Shown: positions 37,578 through 45,446 of the stretch, one piece after another | How the letters are laid out: the number at the start of each line of letters is the position of its first letter | How positions within the stretch are numbered: the stretch's first letter is position 1 | Assembly: GCA_016618085.1 (NCBI GenBank) | Contig: JABLTG010000154.1 | Location: 1-45,446, forward strand | Length of the DNA stretch: 45,446 nucleotides | From: Neovahlkampfia damariscottae | Lineage: Eukaryota | Direction: 5' to 3' | Translations under genes and position numbers: made by a program | Notes under the pieces: model-generated | Databases searched by the model: none | Seen by the model: the letters and a program-made list of their open reading frames with translations, nothing else | What the model was told of the DNA's origin: nothing

Positions 37578-37681
37578 GTTCGGGTTCAGTACAAGAGGTT
37601 TTTTATTGGTTCATTCAAAAGATTGAACGATTATAAAAAAAAAAAGATCAATTGAGCATTCAAAAGATTATTCTTTCAAAT

Positions 37682-38227
37682 TTATTTGTCATTACTTTTT
37701 TGAATCCAATTCTGATAAAAATTCTGGTTTTGCTCTTCCTAATCTAACATGGTACTTGCATTCTTCAGAACCTGAAACATCAAATTCTAATAAAATGAAA
37801 TCTCTTTGATTTCGGAAATCTAATGATTATCAAAATTAATAAAATTTGAAAACCTAAATTTTTTACAAAATTCTTTACATCTTCTTTTTTTGTAATTACA
37901 GTTCTATTTCCTTTTACAACGATATCCAACTCTGATTGACTTTGAAAATACAGATGATATACACCTGGTTTTAAATGCCATTGATTTTTATCAACATCAT
38001 CTTTCAGAGTTTTATCTGAAATCGAAAATATATTAAAATCTTTGTTCAAAATTTCAGAAACATCTTTTTTTGATTACCTTTACTTGCTTCGCTGTTTACA
38101 ATAATACTTGTGGTCAGTTCTAAAAAAGTGTCAGATTCCATTCATTGAATCATCATTTACCTCCATCTTCAGTGCTACTGTCGGATTTTAATGACTTTAA
38201 TAAATCCTTATTGTTGGATTTACTCAT
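37682..38227 (-). CDS. Hypothetical small protein, 3 introns
   Basis: Spliced MSKSNNKDLLKS...WHLKPGVYHLYFQ...DFRNQRDFILLEFDVSGSEECKYHVRLG...NDK*. ATTGG at 38275. Confidence 0.6.
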
Positions 38228-38318
38228 TTTTTTGTTGTTTTCAGTTTTTATACGTTTTTGAATATAACAAAATGATTGGTTGAAATAAAATTTATTTACA
38301 AATATTAAAATTTATTTT

Positions 38319-39101
38319 TCAATTATATATTGACCTGGGAAACCAAAAATCCATTCTCTTATCAATTGAAGTTTGAATATTTTCGAATTCATATTTTTGT
38401 TTTTTACTGATCAAAACTTTCTTATTTTTGAAATCATAAACATCTGTACATTGTAATTTAGTTTTATCAAAAAATTGAAATTGATATTTTTTTTTATCTA
38501 CATGATTCAATTTCTTTGTAGTTTCATCAATTAAGTTTTTCAGAGTATTTGATCTTATGAATACATTATACTTTGGACAAAATGAATAAATAGTTCCATT
38601 TTGAAAATTAGGTTTAATTAAATAACTTGAAACTAAATTATCTGTTCCTTCTTCACAAAACCAACATTCTTCTATGAGTTCATGTTTTCCAGTTGTACGT
38701 AAAGTTGGCAATTCGTCAATGATTGTATTTCCACTTGGTTGTAATAAGAATTGAATATTTTTTAGTAAATTCTTTTCAGCTTCATAATTAGAAATGTAAG
38801 TAGATAATGTTGATTGCTCTAAAAATGGACAAAAAGCGATGAAATTATTTGGTTCTTTTTCCAGTGTATAAATTTGAAATAAATTTAAACTCTTTTCCAA
38901 TAGTTCTTTTTGATAATCCTCAAAATTTTTAGATTTCTTCAAAGTTTCTTTCCAAAAAATGTTTGATTTTGTTAATATTTTAAAATGCTGATTTGTTTCA
39001 CTAAGCCTCACTATTTCTTCAATTGTGTTGAATGTAAATATGTGGATTAATATTTCTTCAGGAAGTGCTTCAAGGAGATTATTGTGTTTCGTTAACTTCA
39101 T
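38319..39101 (-). CDS. F-box protein
   Basis: LEALPEEILIHIFTF...IVRLSETNQHFKILTKSNIFWK is an F-box. First ATG is at 39101. Confidence 0.8.
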   Translation of the reverse strand: MKLTKHNNLLEALPEEILIHIFTFNTIEEIVRLSETNQHFKILTKSNIFWKETLKKSKNFEDYQKELLEKSLNLFQIYTLEKEPNNFIAFCPFLEQSTLSTYISNYEAEKNLLKNIQFLLQPSGNTIIDELPTLRTTGKHELIEECWFCEEGTDNLVSSYLIKPNFQNGTIYSFCPKYNVFIRSNTLKNLIDETTKKLNHVDKKKYQFQFFDKTKLQCTDVYDFKNKKVLISKKQKYEFENIQTSIDKRMDFWFPRSIYN

Positions 39102-39206
39102 CTGATCGTTTTTGTTTCTAAAATAACAAACTTGGTTTTGTTTGGATAAAACTCTCAAATTTGAAATTGAATGGTTGAATCTAAAAATAGATTTAAAAAA
39201 AATGTT

Positions 39207-40615
39207 TTATAATTCATCATGTTTTGTTTCTTTTCCTTTTCCTTTCAAAAAGTCATGTGATGCAGCAGTTTCATCAGCTTTAGCATCTTCAGTTTCATCT
39301 TGTTCATCAGCCTCTCCTGATGTCGCTTCTCCTTCAGTGCCTTCATCATCTTCCTCTTCATCATCAGTTGGATTTTCATTTTGATTTGCATCATCTGTGA
39401 ATTCAGCAATTACTCTTTCTTTGAAATCTTGGAATAAAGGTCTCATATTTTCACTAACTTCATTTCTATAGAAGAATAATTTTTTTAAACTCTGATTCTT
39501 TTTTAAAGTTGCCAAGATTGCTTTTGTACCTTCTTCTTTAATTCCATTGCTTGAAACATCAACTTTTTCAATATTCGAATTTTTTCCTAATAAATTTGAT
39601 AAAGCTTTTGCTCCTTCATCTCCAATTGAGTTTTCTGACATATCAAGTCTTTGAAGTCCTTTATGTGATTCCAAAGCAGTGAATAAAATTTTAGCGGATT
39701 TAGCATCAACTTTATTGAAAGAAATATCAAGATGAGTAAATTTATCATTTCCTTTTAAAAATTCTGACATAGCTGTTGTAGAAACTTCATCCATTGGATT
39801 TTCAGCAAAATCTATTCTGGAAACTTTTGATTCTTTAACTGATGGTAATAATCCTTTGAACCCTTCTCCTGTAATAGCACAATCTCTCAATGTGATCCAT
39901 TCAAGATTTGATGATTTAACAAAATCAGCTAATGCTTTTGCTCCTTCGTCACCAATCTTAAAAATTAAAAAAAAAAAGGTATGCTATTTTCTTACGTGGT
40001 TTTCTACAATAACAACTTTTGTCAAGTTTTTCATTGTTGACAAAGCTTCAGCAAGTACTTTTGTTGATTTTTCTGTCATTTTTACTCTAAAAAGATAAAC
40101 TTTTTGGAGGGATGGATGATTTTTGATTGAATTCGCAAACACTTCAACTCCTTCATCTCCTAATTGTTGATTTTTTGTTAATCCGATAACACGTAATTTT
40201 GTTTTTGCGACAGCAGCAAGAATGACTTTAAGGTTTTCAATTGTTAGATCTTCGTTGCTTGTAAGTGCAAATCTATCCATTTCTGGTGTTTCTTCTAAAA
40301 GTTTTGCGACATTTTTTGCGTCTTCGGAGGAAATGTTCAAATTGCGCACAAATAAATCTTTGAGTTGAGTTTTTTTAACTTCATCAATGACTTCTTGAAC
40401 AGATTTATGTCCTGATGCTGGGAATATTTTTTAGAACAAACTAAATAGAATTTACGGTTCATTTGAACGTCATCTTGTTCGTCTTCAGGTTCTTCGTTAG
40501 CTTCAGCTGACTTTGATTCTGTTGTTTTAGTTTCAACTTTTTTTTCTTCACAATAAACAAATCCAACAAAGATTATAAGTAATATAAAACACACAAGAAA
40601 CTTCTTTGAAAACAT
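39207..40615 (-). CDS. Signal-peptide-bearing RNI-like leucine-rich-repeat protein with C-terminal HDEL, 2 introns
   Basis: MFSKKFLVCFILLIIFVGFVYC signal peptide; repeats such as LQRLDMSENSIGDEGAKALSNLL and NH|IGDEGAKALADF; acidic tail ending KETKHDEL*. Confidence 0.85.
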
Positions 40616-40620
40616 TTTCT

Positions 40621-40645
40621 CTGACGTGTGGCGATGTTTGATTGG
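40621..40645 (-). promoter_or_regulatory. ERSE-like (CCAAT-N9-CCACA) element overlapping a UPRE/bZIP core (CACGTCA)
   Basis: The minus strand reads CCAAT CAAACATCG CCACA CGTCAG, ending 5 nt upstream of the LRR-HDEL ATG. Confidence 0.5.
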
Positions 40646-40723
40646 TGAAAAATGGACAAATTAAAATTTATCAGTTACAAAAAAAATTTTTAATTCAATT
40701 TTCCATAGATATATTTTCATTAA

Positions 40724-42501
40724 CTATAATCTTGATACACCACTGAAAGGATTTCCTTCAACTTTCTCTGTGAAGCATGCTGATAAACAAATTCCAATAA
40801 TTTGTCTTGTATCTCTTGGATCAATAATTCCATCATCTACATTTTTTAATCAAAAAATTATAATTACCAATAGCTTTAGAACTTGTATAATAAACATCTG
40901 AATGTTTTTTAACTGAATCAATAAATGTTTGTTTTCTTTTTTTGATCATTTTCTCATCAATTTTCATTCCAGATGATTGTAAATTCTTTCTTAATATTAA
41001 ATCCATAACACCTGCTAATTGTTCTTCACCCTATTCTTTTTTTTATTTTCAATTTTTATTTTTACCATAACACTACATTTTGAATTTGGATAGGAAAATA
41101 AAAATCTAGGGTGATAAGATCTTCCCATCATTGCATAATTACCAGCACCATATGAACTTCCAATAACAATTGTAATTGCAGGGACTGTTGAATTTGATAC
41201 AGCATTGATGAATTGAGCACCATCTTTAATAATTCCACCTCTTTCATATTCCTTTCCAACCATAAACCCAGTAATATTTTGTAAAAATAATAATGGTATT
41301 TTTCTTTGATTACATAATTGAATGAATTGTGTTCCTTTATTTGATGAATCTGAAAATAATACACCATTATTTGAAAGAATTCCAACAGTAATTCCATAAA
41401 ATTTAGCTTCACAACAAATTAATGTGTTACCATATTTTGGTTTAAATTCTGAAAATCTTGATCCATCAACAATTCTTGCAATTAATTCTCTTGAATCAAA
41501 TGGAGATCTAATATTTGCTTGAACAATTCCTAATATTTCTTCTGGATCATAAATTGGTTCTTTAAATTTTAAATTTTCTGGAATTTCAGTTTTCTTTTTG
41601 AAATTTAAGTTTTGAACTACATTTCTAGCCAATCTAATTGCATCATATTCATCTTCTGCAAAATAATCAGATACACCTGATATAGTGGAATGCATTTCTG
41701 CACCTCCAAGTGATTCATCATCCACTATTTCACCTGTTGCCATTTGAACTAAAGGTGGTCCTGCTAAAAATACTTTTGATTGATTCTATCAAATTTGTTA
41801 GTTTCCAAATTTGTCTTTTACTTTAACAAATATTGAATATGAACTCATACCAGGTGTATAAGCACCACCAGCTGTAGCATTTCCAAATACTACACATACA
41901 GTTGGTTGACAATTTTTTGCTCTAACTGCCAAAGCTCTAAAAGATTCACCTCTAAAAAAATGTTAACTTTTGAAAACTTACCCAGAATGAAATATTTTTT
42001 CTTGTTGTGTTAAATTAGCACCTCCAGACTGTAATAGATTTACTGTTGGTAATCCATTGACTCTGACAATTTCTTCTAATCTTGCACCTTTAATCAAACT
42101 TGCTTCGTTTATAGAACCTCCTTGAATTGTTGCAACATTAGCTGATACTAAACATTCCACACCGCACACTAAACCAATTCCAGCTACAATAGATCCACCT
42201 TGGAAAATATTAACAAAAAAAAAAAAAAACCCAATGTGTTTCCTTTTTGATTATAACCAACAAATGGTAGTAATTCAAGAAAAGGTGAATCTTCGTCAAG
42301 GAGAAGTTCTATTCTATCACGTGCTAATAATTGCCCTTTTTTTAAATGTTTTTGAATTGATTTATCACTTCCCTGTTTTCTACTCTCTTCATATAATTTA
42401 TTCAACTCTTCAACCAATTTTTTCATTGACTTGTAATTTTCTTCATAGTCTTCATTTTTTATGATGGTTGTTTTCCACACTGGTATTTCTTCATCAAACA
42501 T
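40724..42501 (-). CDS. Acyl-CoA carboxylase carboxyltransferase (beta) subunit, AccD2/AtuC-like, 5 introns, C-terminal SRL
   Basis: [103 protein letters not shown]...FSGVSRL*. Confidence 0.92.
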
Positions 42502-42631
42502 TGTTAATGAAATTCCACCAATGAATACACTTTGTCATAAAAATGAAAAGAACAGGTATTGATAATGTAGTATATTTTCAAATAGTATTATTTTAGATTT
42601 GATAAATTTTACCTTTTTTTATTGGTCAGTT

Positions 42632-42869
42632 ATGAAAATTGGAGAATTTGTAGATTGGTTTGGTTCAAAGATAAAGAACACTTTTGATGTTTGTATTTCA
42701 TTTGTAAAAGATCATCCATATTATACACTATATTTCACTTCATTAGGATTATTGACTATTTTTGTGACAATAAAATACAGAAGAGATAAACGTAAAAAAA
42801 AAATTAAAAATTTAATCTTTCAAAGCGTCATTAAAAGACAAAACAGAAGAACAAAAAAAAGAAAAATAA
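42632..42869 (+). CDS. Small single-pass membrane protein (about 67 aa), 1 intron
   Basis: ATTGG at 42621, ATG at 42632, TM segment YYTLYFTSLGLLTIFVTI. Intron 42792-42825 gives a stop at 42869, which removes the overlap with the convergent gene. Confidence 0.55.
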
Positions 42870-42877
42870 ATTTGTTC

Positions 42878-43651
42878 TTAATACCAATTTTGACTTGGTC
42901 TGAAAACAACATACATAATCACCAAAGCAATTATGAAATAACGAATTTTAAAGTCAAAACCTAATTTTCTCAAATTCCAATTAATATAGTCAGAACCTTC
43001 ACTTTCTTTTTTGACATATTTTAAAAATGAGTATCCATTTGGATCCATATCTTTTTCAAAATTTAAGTTGTTGATATAAAATTGAACGTTTGAATATTCC
43101 TTCAAACCTAAATCAGGTTTAAATTTTTCATCAAATTTTAAAAGCAATTTTAGATCATCTTCGTCATATCCAAATAATATTTGCTTTTCATTCTCAAAAA
43201 ATATTTTCATTTTTAGTTGATTTTTATAAAAATCTTTGGTTTTTTCCAAATCATTTGTCAGTAAGTCAATTTGATATATCTTGTTGACAATTTGTTCACC
43301 TTCTTCATCTGCAATTGCTACTTGTTTTTTTATAGAATAGTTTTGTTCGTTTTCTTCGTCAAAATATTCTCCTTCCACAGTTGGTTCTCGCTCATCTAGT
43401 AACATATGAATGGATTTATATTGATTTTTTTGTCCAAAACTTCTTAATTTTCCGTAATCATCAAACAATTCAATTTTAAATTCTTCGTCTGAAAAACCCA
43501 TTTCTGTTGTGGAATACTTTTCTGGTTCATTGTATTCATAATGCCTCAATAAATTAAAATTAAAATTCTCTTGTAAAAATCGAACAGTTGATTTTAAATG
43601 TTTGACTTTAAAAGTGAGCTTTATTATTTTTGAAAATTCGTTAGTTTTCAT
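42878..43651 (-). CDS. Glyoxalase/VOC-fold (GLOD4-like) protein with C-terminal transmembrane helix
   Basis: LTFKVKHLKSTVRFLQENFNF, YSTTEMGF...KIEL, IDLLTNDLEKTKDFYKNQLKMK, DPNGYSF; hydrophobic tail YFIIALVIMYVVF. Confidence 0.65.
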   Translation of the reverse strand: MKTNEFSKIIKLTFKVKHLKSTVRFLQENFNFNLLRHYEYNEPEKYSTTEMGFSDEEFKIELFDDYGKLRSFGQKNQYKSIHMLLDEREPTVEGEYFDEENEQNYSIKKQVAIADEEGEQIVNKIYQIDLLTNDLEKTKDFYKNQLKMKIFFENEKQILFGYDEDDLKLLLKFDEKFKPDLGLKEYSNVQFYINNLNFEKDMDPNGYSFLKYVKKESEGSDYINWNLRKLGFDFKIRYFIIALVIMYVVFRPSQNWY

Positions 43652-43668
43652 TGGTCAATTGAGCTGGA

Positions 43669-44932
43669 ATGAGCAAGAAAAAGTTGACTGGTTATGAATT
43701 TTATAAATCTTTAGGAAGTCCAAAATATGTAGTGGCACCAATGGTAGACCATTCAGAATTGGCGTTTAGGTTTGACAAAAAATAACCAACACCTTAAAAG
43801 AATGTTATGTAAGTGAAGAATGAAAAACTTATCCTTTGCTTTTAAAAAAAGGTAGAAAGTATAATTCAGAGTTATGTTATACACCAATGTTACATGCAAA
43901 ATTATTTTTGACGAAAGAATCTTATCGAAACAGTTTCTTCACAACAACAAAACTTGATAGACCTTTGATAGCTCAATTCTGTGCAAATGATCCAGATACT
44001 TTATTAGAAGCAGCTCAATTATTATGTTCGATGGCTGAAATTGATGGTGTTGACATCAACTTTGGAGTAAACAAAAAAAAAAATTAAAGTTTGAATATAG
44101 TGTCCTCAAAGAATTGCAAAAAAAGGTTACTATGGATCTTTCTTAATGGAAGATCAAACATTAGTTCATAATTTAATTAAAAAGTTACATGAGTTTGTGT
44201 TGTTATATTATAACATTTTTTAAAAGAGAATTAGAAGTTCCTGTGACATGTAAAATTAGAATATTTCCAGAGGAAGATGACACTATTGCATATGTTAAAA
44301 ATATTGTCAGTGCAGGATGTCAACTCTTAACAGTTCAGTTTGAAAATAAAAAAAATGAAACTTATTTTTAAGTGGGAGAACAAGAGAACAAAAAGGAAAG
44401 AATCAAGGATTAGCAAATTGGGATATTATTAAAAAGATTAAGGAAACAGTTTCAATTCCAGTTTTTGCGAATGGAAATATTCAAGAATTTGATGATGTTG
44501 AAAAATGTATGAAATATACAGGTGTTGATGGTGTAATGTCTGCAGATGCATTATTATTTGATCCAGCTTTCTTTTCAAATAAGAAAATAAGTTTAATTAC
44601 TTTGGCTCAAGAATATCTTGACTTTTGTAAAATTCATTTTACGCCAAATCAAATGATTAGACCACATTTATTCAAATTATTAGATGATTATATGGGTATT
44701 CATATTGATTTGAGAGAAAAACTTGCGAATCATACAAAAAATTTAGACGAATTTCAAGAAATTATTACTGAATTAAAATATAGAGTAGATGTAAAAAATT
44801 TATTTAAATTTATTAATTTTTGAAAAGAATAACATACCACCACCAACAAAAGATAAAATTTTGAAAAAAGAACAAGATCTTGATGTTGAAGAATCAATGA
44901 ATTTATTTGATCAACTTCAAAATGAAAAATAA
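43669..44932 (+). CDS. DUS1: tRNA-dihydrouridine synthase 1 (DUS1/DUS1L), 6 introns
   Basis: Spliced YVVAPMVDHSELAFRMLCRKY, LCYTPM, DRPLIAQFCAND, DINFG|CPQRIAKKGYYGSFL, PVTCKIR, LTVH|GRTREQ, PVFANGNI, TGVDGVMSA. Confidence 0.96.
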
Positions 44933-44939
44933 AACATAT

Positions 44940-45105
44940 TCTCTTCAATGGGATTATAACAATTGAATCTTGTATTTTCGAATCATTATCCATTTGAAAC
45001 CGCTATCTTAAAACTGACTTTTCCGTTCATTCTGATTAATCAGACCAGACATTAAAATCAAGGTTTCTTTCGGGATAGGACCGTCGCCAGCAGTACTGGC
45101 AGTTT
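44940..45105 (-). ncRNA. Putative Fanzor omegaRNA scaffold overlapping the nuclease 3' end and element right end
   Basis: GC-enriched segment with nested complementary blocks: 45073-77/44987-91, 45062-67/44996-45001, 45054-60/45015-21, palindrome 45031-44, hairpin 45086-45100. The position matches known TnpB/Fanzor omegaRNAs; the boundaries are uncertain. Confidence 0.55.
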
Positions 45106-45446
45106 TTGGATTTCCAATAAAATTTTGTATATTCATCAGAAATATATTTCTTGCTCCATTATAATCTCTTGGAAGAGAAAAATTACAATATTTACAATTG
45201 AAATAATCTTTTTTTCCAAGTTTCCAATCTATTTTTCCACATGATCAACATGTACAACTGGTATAATGTTCTGAAACTTCATGTACTTGAATAGAATCTT
45301 TTTGAGCAAGATGTTTTAATGTTTGACGAAATTGAAAATGAGACCAATGAAGCATTTTTCTCACTGTTGTACTATGAATTTTTCTTTCCCATTTTTTAAT
45401 CATTCCTTTGACTGGAAATTTTGAAATCAAAATTTCATCATTATTT
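45008..45446 (-). pseudogene. 3' part of a Fanzor2/IS607-type TnpB RNA-guided nuclease, with an in-frame TGA at 45245-45247 (gene continues beyond the window)
   Basis: NNDEILISKFPVKGMI...RKMLHWSHFQFRQTL...VSEHYTSCTC*SCGK...FNCKYCNFSLPRDYNGARNIFL. This gives the rearranged RuvC-II (E before YTS), a CxxC/CxxC zinc finger and the RuvC-III RDxNGARNI motif. Frame-ending TAA at 45008-45010. Confidence 0.9.

Noticed and set aside
37569..37590. ACTGAAC/GTTCAGT inverted repeat over the orphan gene start
   Set aside because: The stem is only 7 bp, within chance expectation, and has no other support.
42599..42964. 121-aa ORF overlapping the glyoxalase-like gene
   Set aside because: An ATG at 42632 and an A-rich intron at 42792-42825 give a shorter, non-overlapping model.
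1467..44932. Fragmented ORFs as pseudogenes or programmed frameshifts
   Set aside because: The breaks examined in recognisable genes are resolved by short GT-AG introns that restore conserved motifs.
45245..45247. In-frame TGA in the Fanzor as selenocysteine or genetic-code reassignment
   Set aside because: TGA is the normal stop of KRR1, REX1B and the F-box gene in this window and Trp is encoded by TGG. The position is normally Gly, so a GGA>TGA mutation or sequencing error is simpler.

Overview
Chromosome end of a very AT-rich, extremely compact eukaryotic (protist) genome. A heterolobosean/discoban amoeba is my inference from gene content, intron style and the Fanzor2; it is not proven. 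The window opens with a layered telomere: (TTTGGG)n outermost, then TTTTGGG, then degenerate TTTAGGG-like units. About 1.2 kb of subtelomeric DNA follows, then about 30 tightly packed protein-coding genes interrupted by tiny GT-AG introns (about 27-48 nt), which is why the ORF track is fragmented. Genes include VPS4, PCID2, RhoGAP-SH3, KRR1, ESCO/Eco1, PLK1, FANCM/Mph1, a calpain, fimbrin, MED22, TMEM222, a pol-beta-like nucleotidyltransferase candidate, PIEZO, REX1B, TyrRS, exportin-T, two MAPEG genes, an alpha/beta hydrolase, a syntaxin-18-like SNARE, an F-box protein, a signal-peptide/LRR/HDEL protein, an AccD2-type carboxyltransferase ending in SRL, a tail-anchored glyoxalase-like protein and DUS1. 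The right edge holds the 3' part of a Fanzor2/TnpB RNA-guided nuclease gene with one in-frame TGA and an overlapping structured region that looks like its omegaRNA. Other notable signals are a CCAAT box next to almost every start codon, stop codons embedded in AATAAA, a cell-cycle-type bidirectional promoter (ESCO/PLK1), and an ERSE/UPRE-like element upstream of the ER-retained LRR gene. All gene models were spliced by hand; no database searches were run.
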